Source: Felis catus
Lineage: Eukaryota
Direction: 5' to 3'
Assembly (NCBI RefSeq): GCF_018350175.1
Contig: NC_058368.1
Coordinates: 3,038,001 to 3,102,000, forward strand
Length of the DNA stretch: 64,000 bases
This document shows, piece by piece, positions 50,763 through 63,475 of this stretch; positions within the stretch are counted from its first letter, which is position 1; every line of letters begins with the position of its first letter. Below the pieces are notes generated by a model, which did not search any database, was not told where the DNA came from, and was given only the letters and a program-made list of their open reading frames with translations. The position numbers were made by a program, and so were the translations under genes.

Positions 50763-51559
50763 AATTTTGTGACAGCATGGATATTACTTTTGACTCATTA
50801 ACAACCTGGGATGGAGCTGACCCAATTTGAGATCTGTGGCTAGAATGCATTGGTTGGAATCTGCACAATTGTTTACATTATTGTAGCTGTTTCTTGTACC
50901 TTATGAAGTAGAAATGAAGGGCACATTTTATTCTCTATGGCTTATGTCATATGTGCAGAATTCGTAATCTCTATCCCTGATCTTTACAATGCTTCCTATA
51001 GTATATGCCAAAAAATGTAACCAAAGATCTTTATGGTCTAGGAATTTCATTTCTTTCATTATGTCATACTAGAACCTATAATCACAGAACATCACTAACT
51101 TCTGAATTAAAAATTTACTGTGAAGTTGAAATCTAAGTCCCACTCACATAAAGCAAACAATCTTATGAATGACACTTGAACTTTATTTCCTATATTAGCT
51201 TCTAACCTTTGAATTATAGCCTTAGGCTTGCTAAATAATATACATCCGTAAATATGTAATGTAATTAACATGGGTTTCAATGTCTTGAAAACACTTAAAG
51301 ACATAGGCAGCTGTGGGATTGTTCCATGGGCCATTCTAGTCATCACTTTCAGTCAGGATTATTGGCCTTGGTCTTTCATACCATGAATTAAGGCTAAGGA
51401 TTCAGAGACTTGAACTTCTCTGGTCACAAGGTTGAGTAGGTGCTTTTATTCCCATCGCTTTCATGTAAACATGATTTGCCACCTGGGAAGATTTTAGAAT
51501 CATTTTATCACTCTCCATGTGGAAGCAACCAGGCATTTTTAGACCATTTCATTTTCTTT

Positions 51560-51601
51560 TATTTTTTTAAAGTGTTTTTTTTCCCTAATGTTTATTTATT
51601 T

Positions 51602-51654
<53 letters not shown>

Positions 51655-51811
51655 GGGGAGGGGCAGAGAGATGAAGACACAGATTCCAAAGCAGGCTCCA
51701 GGCCCCGAGCTGTCAGCACAGAGACCGATGCGGGGCTCAAACTCATGAACCGTGAGATCATGACTTGAACCGAAGTCAGACACTTAACCGACTGAGTCAC
51801 CCAGCCTCCCC
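51560..51811 (-). mobile_element. Can-SINE with long (GA)n
   Basis: TSD ttcattttcttt (51548-51559) / ttcactttcttt (51812-51823). Confidence 0.95.
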
Positions 51812-52429
51812 TTCACTTTCTTTCTTATGGTAAGTGTTGATTCTTCTACGCTGCTCCAAGATTATGAATAAGTCAAAAGACTCCCATGCACATAACTGCC
51901 TTCTTACCTTCAGATATTTCTCAAACTCTATCTTTACCTTTAAAGCAGATCAAATGTGGTAGGAATTCTTGATTTTCCCAAATGCTAGTGTTTTTATTAG
52001 ACTTTTTTTTATCGCCTCAAAATGAAAAAGTGGAAATTATGAGGAAATAGTCATCTTTCATTCTTTATATATTCATTTTGTGTTAACTTTGGGGCAGTCT
52101 TGTGCACAGCTTTGAGGAAATAAGGGTAAATAAAGTAATGCTGCCTTTAAGGATCTTAATGTCTAACGGAGAGAAAGTCCTCTAACTGGAGTATGATAAG
52201 GACTAAACCAAGGTAGAGAAAAAGAAGACATAAAAACAAAGGTTATGACTAGCAATAAAATGAGTACAAAATATGTCAAGGTGAGTTGTGATTTATGTGT
52301 ATGTCATGATGGCAAAGCTATATTAGATAAGATAAGGGCTACAGAAACTTTTTATTTCACAATAAGTGTAAGCATGAGCTTATTTCAGGAGTTTTGGGGA
52401 CATTACACATACTGATAATGTTAATACTA

Positions 52430-52920
52430 ATAGTAATAAGAAGTAAACTAATAGTGAGTGCTTCTTATGTGCCAGGTACCTATACGGTGTTCTATGGGTG
52501 TATCACATTAGATCCTAGAAATAAAACTATGTGTCAGGAAAACAATAAAGCACTGAGGCTCATTAAAACAACTGGGATCGGACCTCCGTGGCTCAAATCC
52601 TGCATCCGCTAATTCCCCACATGACCATACGCAAGTTGCCTAAATCCAAGTCTGTGGTTTTTTGTTCTGTGGTGTTGTTTTGTTTTGTTTTTGTTTTTGT
52701 TTTTGTTTTGTTTTCTAATGAGGACAACATTGATGACTTAGTCAGAGGGTAGTTATGAGAAAATTGAGTTAATTCACGTAGCACTGTGTTATTTTTTTTT
52801 TTAACAAATAGGCAAAACCCTGATTTAGATAGTTTATGTAACTTTCCAAATACCCCAGGCAAGTTTAGCAGCAGAGCTGAGATTCACCCCAGATCTGTAG
52901 ACTCCAAGCCAATATTCTTT
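52430..52920. mobile_element. MIR cluster (minus-strand pieces flanking a plus-strand MIR)
   Basis: gagtgcttcttatgtgccagg (minus); gctcaaatcctgcatccgcta ... gagttaattcacg (plus); gcagagctgagattcaccccagatctg (minus). Confidence 0.6.
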
Positions 52921-53042
52921 TTACTCTGTGTTGGACATATTTTAACAATAGTCATTATATTTGTATGATGTAGTTATGTATCATATAAATCTTAACAACT
53001 TCCAACCTCAACCACTGTGACATCCACAAATGAAAGTCGATT

Positions 53043-53097
53043 TCACTTCCTCATTTTAGATTACAACTTGTCACTTCCTCATTTTAGATTACAACTT
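53043..53097. repeat. 28-bp tandem duplication
   Basis: tcacttcctcattttagattacaactt occurs twice, head-to-tail. Confidence 0.95.
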
Positions 53098-53881
53098 TAT
53101 TTGCGTGCACTTCTCGTGTGTCTAATAAGTTTAGCTTGAATTAAATGACATAATTTTAGGTGGTATCACAATTTGGCATGTCTAAATCATCCCATTAGCT
53201 GATATCAGATTAGATTTGGAAAACTTTATGTTATGACTGAGATGTGTAAACACTGATCTACTCAGACATACAGCTGCATCAGTGATGCTATCTTTAGGTT
53301 TATTAGTTTTGGAACATTTTGGAGAATGTGATATTACAGCTAAATGGGGAAACTAATATTTAAGTAATGCCGACACAGCATTACCAAAACCAAAACCAAA
53401 AGTCTCTCTGTTATTCTCTTTGATGTCGTCATTCAAAGGAGCATGTTAATAAAAGAGGGCGTGGCGACCAAGGTAGGATGGCAAGGTTGACAGCCACAGG
53501 GGGCACGCTTCATGCTGCAAAATTTACAAAATGGAATTGCTGCCACGCATGCCTCGTTTTTCTTGGAATTCTGTTCTTCCTTTCTAATATCCAATCTTAT
53601 AGTACCAAACCAAAGCATTAAAGCACTGAGAATTTCCGATAAGCTTTAGGGAAGGGAGTCAGATTTCTATTTTGCCACATGACACCACAGCCTACTTCCA
53701 TGAGTGAAGGTGTATATTAATTTTCAGCATTCTCTTCTGTTTATTTATTATTATTATTATTATTACTACTATTATTACAATTAATTTCATGATAGCTCAA
53801 TCCATGAACACTCTGAGGAAGGGTGAATATAATTCAAATATCAATTAAAGGAAAGAATGAATGAATGACCTGTGTTACAGG

Positions 53882-54087
53882 TTTTTTTTTTTTAAATTTA
53901 TTTATTTATTATTTGAGAGAGAGAGAAAAAGCATGAGTGGGGGAGGGGCAGAGAGATAGAGAGAGAATCCCAAGCAGGAGCAACACTGTCAGTGTGGAGC
54001 CCGATGTGGGGCTCAAACCCATGAACCATGAGATCATGACCTGAGCTGAAGTTGGACACTTAACTGACGGAGCCACCCAGGCACCCC
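53882..54087 (-). mobile_element. Can-SINE (older)
   Basis: Poly-T, (GA)n ... ggagccacccaggcacccc. Confidence 0.94.
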
Positions 54088-54541
54088 ACATTTTTTCTTA
54101 TGGTAGGAGACAGAAACTTCTCCTAGTTATGCGAAAAATAAGAATTCCAGATCACATAAAGACAGTATTTAGAAATGCACACCATATCCTTCTCTCTTGC
54201 CTCTCTTTATCATTCATATAGCTGAAGAAGGAAGGTCACGATTGGACACGTTACTCATGATTACTGAATCCACATCAACTCTAGGAGCTATATTACCCAA
54301 CATTTCATCTTGATTGGTTTTCTATATTCAGTTTCACTGATTTCTGTTCTTTATTATTTTCAGCTTTCTTTGGGTTTACTTTGCTCTTCATTTTCTAGGT
54401 TCTTGAAATTGGAGCTTAATTATTTATTTGAAACTTTTTCTTCTTACTAATATAAACATTTAATATTATAAAGTTTCCTCTCAGCACTGCTTTAGCTATG
54501 CTCCGCAAATTTTAATTTTCATTTAGTTCAGCGCATTTTTT

Positions 54542-54757
54542 TTTTAATTTTTTTTTTTCAACGTTTATTTTTGGGACAGAGAGAGACAGAGCATGAACGG
54601 GGGAGGGGCAGAGAGAGAGGGAGACACAGAATCGGAAACAGGCTCCAGGCTCCGAGCCATCAGCCCAGAGCCTGACGCGGGGCTCGAACTCACGGACCGC
54701 GAGATCGTGACCTGGCTGAAGTCGGACGCTTAACCGACTGTGCCACCCAGGCGCCCC
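54542..54757 (-). mobile_element. Can-SINE SINEC_Fc (young) inside L1
   Basis: Perfect 16-bp TSD gttcagcgcatttttt (54526-54541 / 54758-54773). Confidence 0.98.
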
Positions 54758-55291
54758 GTTCAGCGCATTTTTTAATTTCACATGAGACTTCCTCTGCGAT
54801 CCATAGATTACTAGAAATTTGTTGTTTAATTCCTAAATATTTGGAGGTTTTTCCATTATCTTTCTGGTATTGATTTTTAGTTTGATTTCTTATGGTCATA
54901 AAACACACTGTATGATTTCAGGTTTTAAACTTTTTTTAAGGTTTGTTTGATGGCCCAGGATATGGTCTATTTTGATGTATGTTCTATGCAAAGAATGTGT
55001 CTACATAGAGTTTTCTATAAATGTTGATCAGATCCTATTGGTTGATGTGTTGCTGAGTTTTTATAGATCCTTACTGATTTTCTCTCTAGTTGTTCTATCA
55101 GTTGTTGAGAGAAAGATGATGAAATCTCCAACCCTAATTGTGAGTTCGTCTATTTCTCCTTTTAGTTCTATCAGTGTTTGCTTCATTTATTTTGCTGTTG
55201 TTTAGGACATACGAATTTAGGATTGTTGTGACTTGATGGATTAACCCTTTTTTCATTATGTAATGTCCCTTTCTGTCTCTGGTAAATGTGA

Positions 55292-55292
<1 letters not shown>

Positions 55293-55333
<41 letters not shown>

Positions 55334-55548
55334 ATATTTTTTTTATGTTTTATTTTTTATATTTGAGAGGGAGAGACAGAGAGACAGAGAGCGAGTAGGG
55401 GAGGGGCAGAGAGATAGAGAATCTGAACCAGGCTTCAGGCCCTGAGCTGTCAGCACAGAGCCTGACACGGGGCTTGAACTCACAAACTGTGAGATCATGA
55501 CCTGAGCTGAAGTCGGATGCTTAACCAACTGAGCCACCCAGGCACCCC
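55293..55548 (-). mobile_element. Can-SINE with (TTTC)n tail inside L1
   Basis: (TTTC)n tail, SINE body, ends gagccacccaggcacccc. Confidence 0.95.
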
Positions 55549-58004
55549 ATGACTCCTGCTTTCTTTTGATTAATGGTTGCCAAACATATTTTTCTCATCA
55601 TTTTACTTTCAGCCTACCCATATCATTGTATTGAATTGAGTTCCTCATAGACAAAATGTAGTCCTGTTTTCAAGTTCAGTCTGCCGATCTCTGTCATTGA
55701 ATTGGTACATCTGAATCATTTACATTTAATGTAATTATTGGTACATTAGGGCTTAAGTCTGCTATTTTATTTTTGTTATCTGTTTGTTCCCTCTGTTTTT
55801 AGCTTCTCTGTTTTCTTCTTCATGCCTTCTTTCTGTGGGTTACCTGAACACTTTGTAGAATTTCATTTTGAGTTGCCTTTAGAGTTTTTGAGTATTTATC
55901 TTTGTATAGCTTTTCTAGTATTACTCTGCAATTATCATAAATATTTTCTCTGCTTATGTTTAGAACCAAATCTGAAGTGCTATAGTTTTTCCTCAATGTT
56001 CAAACATAATTTACAAACCCAAGAGTAACAAAATGTATTTGCTTATGTTTTTATTCTTTCTCTTGTTTTGTTTTTCCTTCCCCCTGATGTTCCAAGGTTT
56101 TTCTCCTTTTATTATATCTTTTCTCTTTAGAGAACTTCCTTTAGGCATTTCTTAAAAGTATATCTGCTGGTGGTAATTCTATTAATATTCCTTCATCTAA
56201 GAATATTTTGATTTCCCATTCATTCCTGAAAGATCTTCACTGGATATAGAATTTGCAGTTCTTCTCCCTTTTTAGCATTTAAAAAATGTGTTACTTCCTT
56301 CTAGACTCCATGATTTCTCATGAGAAATCTACTGTCACCCAAATTATTTTTTCCTGTAGGTAATGAATTATCTCTCCTTTGCTTTTTTAAAGATTTTTTT
56401 TTCCTTCAATTTTCAGAACTTTGACTATACTGTGTTTTGGGGTGGATTCTCTGACTTTATCCTGTTCAGATTCTTTCAGATTCTTGAATCTATAGGTTTC
56501 TATAGGCTTTTGTCAAATTTGGGAAGCTGCAACCATTATTTCATTGAGTAGTTTTTAAACTGCACCTTCTTTCCCCCTTCCTTCTGAGTTTCCAATGACA
56601 AGGATACTAAGTATTTTGTTATAGTCCCAAAGGTCCCTGAGGCTCTGTTCAATTTCTTCAGTCTGTTTTGTCTCTATTCTTAGGATTGGGTAATTTATGT
56701 TGTTTTATCTTCCAGTTCATTGAGTTTTTCCCCTCTACCTCCTTCATTCTGTTATTGAGCTCACCCAATGAGTTTTTATTTCTGTTATTGTATTTTTCAG
56801 TTCTACAATTTCCATTTGGTTCTTTATATCTTCTATTAATTGATGAGATTTTTTTCAAACCTTTTCAGATGTATTCATAATAGTTTGTTGAAGCACCTTT
56901 ATGATGACTTCTTTACAATTGTAACATGTTTGTCATTTTTGTGTTAGTCCTTTTGATTGTCTTTTTTATACCAGCTGAGATTTTCCTTGTTCTTGGTAGG
57001 ATGAGTAATTTTTTATCGAAACCAGGACATTTAGGTATTATGTTATGAGACTCAGAATCTTATTTAAACCTGTTTTAGGTGGCTTCTTCTGATATCTCTG
57101 TCAGAAAAATGAGGGGTGGATTATCTCAGTATTATCAGGTATAAATAGAAGTCCATTCCCTTGGCCTCCATTGATGCCCAAGGTGGTGAGAGCTCCTTGT
57201 TACTGCTGGAAAATGATAGGAGTTCTGGTTCCCAACTTTATACCTCCCTGGAAAGGAGAGATGAGAGTGCCTCATTAGTGCTCCCCATCAGGGAGGTGGC
57301 CTTAATCATCACTGAGTAATCATGAAAGACCTGACTCTCATGAGGCTTCCTGTGACATCCTCACAGCTGGGGGCTAAGGAGTTCCTCATTCATACTGGGT
57401 CAGAGTGGAAGTCCACGTTCACCACAAGATCTCCACTGACACTGCAGTAGGGTCTTATTACCATTTGGCAGTTGTGAAGGTCCCAGCCTCCTACTCAGCC
57501 TTCTTTGTATCATAACAATAGGGAGGATCAATGTGCCTCATTTTAGCCTGGATTAAGTGGAGTCTAGGTTCTGCACCCCGTTTTTTTCAGACATGGGTAA
57601 GGGTAGGGCCATGGTTTCTATTTTAGCCGGAGTAAAGCAGTTATTGTCTAAAAGTTTTCTGTCTTGCTAAGCTGCCCTTTTACTGGTTCTTTGGCTAGAA
57701 AGAGGCCTTTCCTTGAGTCTTATTTTTGTCTTTACCCATTAGCATTTTGGGGTTGCCATCTTCTCCAGCTCTAGTTTCAGATATATAAAGAAAAAAACCA
57801 CGCCAAAACCAAATTCTAAAAACTCACTAACATACTATTCCTCTGGTTCTAGAGTCCCTGGTCAGTGTGATTTCACCACCTTTCATAGCCTTCTTAAATT
57901 TATTTTATATAGAATATCCAAGTTTTTCATTGAACTTAGTGGGAAGAGCAAGGAGAAATATCACTATTTATCTGTCTAGAAGTAGAAGTCTGGCTGGTTG
58001 ATTT

Positions 58005-58243
58005 ATTTATTTATTTATTTATTTATTTATTATTTTTTTTAATGTTTATTTATTTTTGGGACAGAGAGAGACAGAGCATGAACGGGGGAGGGGCAGAGAG
58101 AGAGGGAGACACAGAATCGGAAGCAGGCTCCAGGCTCTGAGCCATCAGCCCAGAGCCCGACGCGGGGCTTGAACTCACGGACCGCGAGATCGTGACCTGA
58201 GCTGAAGTTGGACGCTTAACCGACTGAGCCGCCCAGGCGCCCC
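58005..58243 (-). mobile_element. Can-SINE SINEC_Fc with (TTTA)n tail
   Basis: 14-bp TSD tggctggttgattt (57991-58004 / 58246-58259). Confidence 0.98.
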
Positions 58244-58824
58244 AGTGGCTGGTTGATTTTTAATGACTGGGGACAGTTCTTTGATGAATAGTCAATTCTG
58301 CATTGGTGTGACACATGAGACACCTACCAGATAAGGCAACATTGGTAGGACAAGATTCTATGTGTCCTGCATGTCTCAGTGATTGGCTTCAGACCCTGAT
58401 GCAACAACTGGAGAGGGTCTATGTGGTCAGAATATCACTCTGTACTGAGACTATGAGTGGGCATTTAACTTACTTTATTGTGACAGCAACATGTATGTAA
58501 TCAGAATAAAAGAATCACATATCATGATATCAGAAATATTTCATGTATTATGTAGAAACTGAAGTATATTTACATGCATCATACTAAATATAATAAACAC
58601 TAGATTCTAATATTTTTTTTTATTTTTTTAGATTCTAATATTAACTAGTGCTTCAATCTCACAAGGAGTTGGTGAAATTCTTAAGAAAACCGTCTGTATT
58701 CTTATTCCAATTTTATCTTCTTTCATTGTCCTGGCTCTATTAAATGTGTGTTCCATATTATTCCTGCCCATTAGATGCTAGTAATAAATAATAATGATTC
58801 CGATGATAGTAGTGGCAATAGTAG

Positions 58825-59010
58825 GGTATGAGTAGCTAACACCTACGTAGTTCTTTCTACATAAATTAAGTAATTTTAATCACAGAAAACAATAGTTAGT
58901 TCCTATTATTATCCCCTTAATACAGATAAGAAATGAATGAACAGGGAGATGAAATCACTTCTTCAGTTAGTAAGTGGCATAGCTGGGATTTGAACTAAGG
59001 CAGTTATGGT
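58825..59010 (-). mobile_element. MIR relic
   Basis: gtagctaacacctacgtag ... attattatccccttaatacagataagaaa ... gtaagtggcatagctgggatttgaactaaggcag. Confidence 0.75.
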
Positions 59011-59203
59011 CACTTTCCCATTTCAGAGAGTTTAGTAAAAACTGCACAACACCCTTACTAATTCAATTGGCAATTACTTCAAGTTCAAACTTGAAGCATA
59101 ATCTTTACCACTGACTGCCTTTCTAAAGTGGCTTTGATTTCTTCAAAGTATCTGTCACCAATGATTAATTATCCTAAAAATGGCTTCTCTCTTTCGATGA
59201 TGC

Positions 59204-59658
59204 TGTTGGGAGACACTCCTCCATGGTTTTCTCATGCTCGTACATGTCTTGCTGTGTATCCCAAGAATGCAAGTCCTTGACTGCTCTTTACCTGGGCCAT
59301 TTCTCAGGGTTTTGTTTGCACTGAGAACAACCTTGAGGGATTAGATACCATCTCTCCTTAAAAAGGGGGCATGCTTGTTCCTGCTAACTGTAAAAACAGT
59401 GACTTTCCCAGAGTTAGGATTTCTTTCCTATAATGCCTAGGTATCATTTGTTTCTCCATGTTCTTATGGGACTTGGGCTCGGGTAATTGATGCAGCTATG
59501 CTGACGCTTTGGCTACTGCTTTTGCTGTGAGTAGTAACACTGTTTTTCTCTGACCCAGGAATTGTGTGTCTTCTGGAGCATCAGTGAAACTGGCTGGCTA
59601 ACTAGCTTGCTAGACTGCAGGGAGGTATGGTAAAATCCCAGACCCTTTCGTTTTGACA
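59204..59658 (+). mobile_element. ERVL solo LTR, LTR40-like
   Basis: tgttgggagacactcctccatgg ... tggctactgcttttgctgtgagtagtaa ... tctctgacccagga ... ggtaaaatcccagacccttt ... tgaca. Confidence 0.85.
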
Positions 59659-59814
59659 GTGATGCAGATCCATTCCTGCCTGCTAATCTGAGTTTTCTGG
59701 GAGCTAAAACACAGTTAGGTGATGGGGATTGAAATTCTGATTTTTATTCAGGAAGAGTAAGTTTAAAATTGAGTCCAGGCAGAAAAGAATTATTTTATCA
59801 GTTAGAAGCATGAA

Positions 59815-59853
<39 letters not shown>

Positions 59854-59854
59854 T
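59815..59854. repeat. (CTTT)10 microsatellite
   Basis: Direct reading; flanked by the direct repeat tgaactttct. Confidence 0.97.
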
Positions 59855-60632
59855 GAACTTTCTGATTCTTCCTGTGTAACATTACTGGAAATTCTCTCTA
59901 ATTGTAATAGTTTAACATTTTACCAGTCCATCATTCCATTCCCACAGCCCAAACATAGACCCAATTCATCAGTTGACTTGTTATTTTATAATGCTATCTC
60001 CATCTAACTACCTTGGAGAAAATTTTAGTCGATACACGTTGATATGTGCTGTTTTGGTCAAGCCAAAGAGTGAAAATAAAAATAAATGGAGAATGTATGA
60101 AAATAAGTAGCTTATTTTTTGAAAGAAGATCCAGGAAATGGTTTTTAAAGATGAGGTGAAATCAAAATGGAACACATTCCTTTGAAAGTTATTACTTTAT
60201 ACACAACGAAGGCAATGATTGTTGTTATTTTATGCACATTTTTATTTTGCCTCCCAAACCTGAACTTTCTAGATAGTCAAAAAAGTGGATGGATTCCTCA
60301 CCTGTATGTGACACAGCCGTAACTGGGCTCTCCGAAGTTAGGGTCTCCATACATTACATTTAATATTAATTACCAGACACAATGACAATGGTAAGACATG
60401 ACGACATAGCCAGTCAGTGAACCATGATGCAAGGTTAGCGGATATTTTGTAGAGAATGACAAACAGCAGGAGACTTGAAAGTGGCAGAGGGTCTGTTGTC
60501 TGAAAAGAGGCAGAACATGAACAGCAGAGAGAAGCTAATGACAGCCTGGAATAAGGTTTGGGAAGAATTGGTTTCTATTAGTAAATTAGCAACAAATACT
60601 CCTCTTTCACTGTCGTGCCTTCTAGTGATCGC

Positions 60633-60636
<4 letters not shown>

Positions 60637-60670
<34 letters not shown>
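60637..60670. repeat. (AC)17 microsatellite
   Basis: Direct reading. Confidence 0.98.
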
Positions 60671-60674
<4 letters not shown>

Positions 60675-63253
60675 GCATGCACACTCAAAGGTTCAAAGGA
60701 AAACCTGTCTTCTAGTAACTTAAACCCAAGCTGTGTGGCCTTCCAGCAACCCAGACAAAGTAGTGACGAGAATGGGCGTACGGTTTAATGATTTCCAGTT
60801 TCAAGTTCTCTCCCTCAGTTTCCTCCTGCTTCGACAGGGTTTTGATATTCTAGTATTTTCGTGTTCTGACTGCTTCTCTCTCTGACCTGCCTTTCTCCTG
60901 GCCACCTTATTTTCTAGACACTCTTGTCCATGCTGCTGTTGCTTTCTTTTTGTCCATATTTGCTTATATATATTTTTAATATGCCTTTTAAATATCTTCT
61001 TTCTTTCTTTTTTCTTTTCCCCCCCAGTTTTTGTCTTTGTTTGCCTGATCTTCTGGGCAGTGAGCCCAGTCTGGGTTATATTTCTTTTTGTGTCTATATT
61101 CTTTTCAAAACAATTCCTCCCCTTAGAATTATTATTCTCATCCATTTATTTTCTCATCGGAGACTTGAGTGATGTGTAAAAGGGACCTCCCAGCTGATCC
61201 TTAAGGGGAATATTTCCTTCTGTGTCTTTAAAAATATTCTCTCATGGTGTTAGAAGACGGGGCTTAATGCCTTCCTTACACATTTGGCTGCCGAGTAAAG
61301 TGGCATTTGTTTTGACCAATGCTCGCTTCGTTTTCTTTCCTCTTACTGAGTCGGATAGAAATTGTGCGTGTGTCTGTCTGTGTTTGTGTGTCCGAGTGTG
61401 GTGTGGTTGCTGAGAATTCTGTGCGTGTGCCCGTGTGTTTGCGTGCCTGTGGGTTTGGGCTGACTGCGATGCACTGTAGATGCGTTCAATGCTCCAGTGC
61501 GCTTTGGCATGTTTATTTTGGAATGTCATTTCCAATCAAATCTAACATTTATAACTGGCCTCCCTTCATGGCTTTCTGGGCCACAGTTTAAATGCCCAAG
61601 AATAAACATGTCAGCTCTAAATGGAAGATTATGGCAGTAACCAAGACAGGTTGCCATCTCATCAGCTGCTTAAAAATTAAAATTTCCTTCTGTGGTTAGA
61701 CTTGCTTACAGCTGTGTCTATGGGCTGTGAAGAAAGCAGATATTGAGTAGAGTGAATGGGATCTAGGCTGCGAGATATTAAAAACACACAGGATACCTTG
61801 TCTGTCAGTAACAAACAGTCACAGAAAATTCCAAGTTGAGCCATGCTGCTTTTAAAGAAATAATCGAGTGATTCTAGCACCTAAGAAGATTAATTGTGTG
61901 GTGGGATGTGGATTATGTAGCTGTTAAAACACAGAGTCATCTAGTCATGTGTAAGTGCACACATTTTAAAGAGGTCCAGTTTCAAAGGGAGGTGTCACTA
62001 ACGTGTCATGTTTGATTTGAAAGTAGGGTATTTTTCACGAATAACGGCCCCCAACTTACCGACGCATTCTTTGGATTTATCAAGTGAAATAGCAGTGTCT
62101 CAAGTAATCTGCCAGTGCCTTCAGTGAGTATGAGCTTAATACATTTCTCATATTAAGAAGTCAGCACAAACTGTCAGCTGCCAAAGGAATGAATGAACCT
62201 TTGCCAAATGAATGCAGTGAAATATGACTTCGTTGGTGATGCTATACTGTGATTCCGTCAGAAGCTTCTCTTATGAAGCATCACTCATCATGGTGCTTTC
62301 CTTGATTGTTACAAAGTATGCTGCCCATTACCCTTTGCCGTAGCCAACGGAAGGAGTCTGAGAAAAGATGTCTCATAAGCGATTCAAACGGATTGTTTCT
62401 CATACAGCCCTGGTCTTATTGCCATTTTAAGGTGGGGCTTTATCAGTGAAATGAAACAACTTTCTGGATCCTCTGACAAACAAATAATAAGGTAGGAGTT
62501 TCTTCCTTTAAAAATCAAGCTGCGGCATTGAAAGTAGTGATGGTGTTCAGATCGATGCACGATACATTCACGAATGTGTCATCGTGTTCCCATGCTTTAA
62601 TCGGAGAGACTAGCAGACTAGCAGCTGTTGACCTAGAAACGGTGCATCGATGCTCGTGACCGTTGTCTGTATGAGTTTCCTTATCTTTGTAAGTCGGGTC
62701 CTATTGGGTTTCAAGGCCTGCTGCCTTTAATAGGGCGCTCAGAGCCATGGCACGTGAAGGAGCGCTTCACTCTGGTTTTGCTCATAAACAGGCGTTCGGG
62801 ATGGAGTCGCACCCAAACTGATACACGCAACTCAAATAAGGAAAAGAATAAAACCTATGGCAGTTACAAGAAGTCAGTAATGTGTTTCAAGAAGTATTTA
62901 GCTCGTTAAATGATTGCGTAAGAAAAAGTTGCTTTCGCTGTGAAGTCTGAATTATCTTTAGATGAATAATAGCAGGACGTTATGTCTATTTTTTCATTAG
63001 TATAGTGTCTGTGTTCATCCAGGCAGAATGAAGTAAAGCATTGATTTTTTTTATCTGTAAAATTCAAGTCCATAACTTATCTTTACCTAAATATTGCAGG
63101 AGAAAAACTCGGGCGGATATGAATAGGGTCTAGATGATCTGCAGAATTGATCTGGCTCTCACTTCATTATTTTGTTTTTACATAAAAATATGTCAGCACA
63201 TGACTCAGCAAAATAAAAAAAGAAGACATTATTGTTTAACAGGCCTCCATATT

Positions 63254-63475
63254 TTTTTTTTAATTTTTTTTTCAACGTTTATTTATTTTTGGGACAGAGA
63301 GAGACAGAGCATGAACGGGGGAGGGGCAGAGAGAGAGGGAGACACAGAATCAGAAACAGGCTCCAGGCTCTGAGCTGTCAGCACAGAGACTGCCGCGGGG
63401 CTTGAACTCACGGACCCCGAGATCGTGACCTGGCTGAAGTCGGACGCTTAACCGACTGCGCCACCCAGGCGCCCC
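63254..63475 (-). mobile_element. Can-SINE SINEC_Fc (young)
   Basis: Perfect 17-bp TSD taacaggcctccatatt (63237-63253 / 63476-63492). Confidence 0.98.

Larger units (their letters stand above)
54310..57990 (-). mobile_element. Old L1 (L1MC/MD-like): 5' UTR, ORF1 and ORF2 N-terminus; 3' part missing
   Basis: ORF1-like KNSLGELNNRMKEVEGK (56658..56858); ORF2-like SNLWIAEEVSCEIKK (54690..54908); minus strand starts gacttctacttctaga, like old L1 5' ends. Confidence 0.8.

Noticed and set aside
48960..57990. Idea that the two minus-strand L1 pieces are halves of one full-length element
   Set aside because: They are separated by 3.5 kb containing older MIRs, and the 3' and 5' parts look like different subfamilies
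59077..59096. Short palindrome cttcaagtt-ca-aacttgaag
   Set aside because: An isolated 9-bp stem is near chance expectation in 64 kb
61048..61075. IRE-like hairpin ctggg CAGTGAG cccag
   Set aside because: The loop is 7 nt rather than CAGUGN, there is no correctly placed bulged C, and there is no mRNA context
61320..61330. tgctcgcttcg match to the U6 snRNA 5' end
   Set aside because: Only 11 nt and no continuation; chance match
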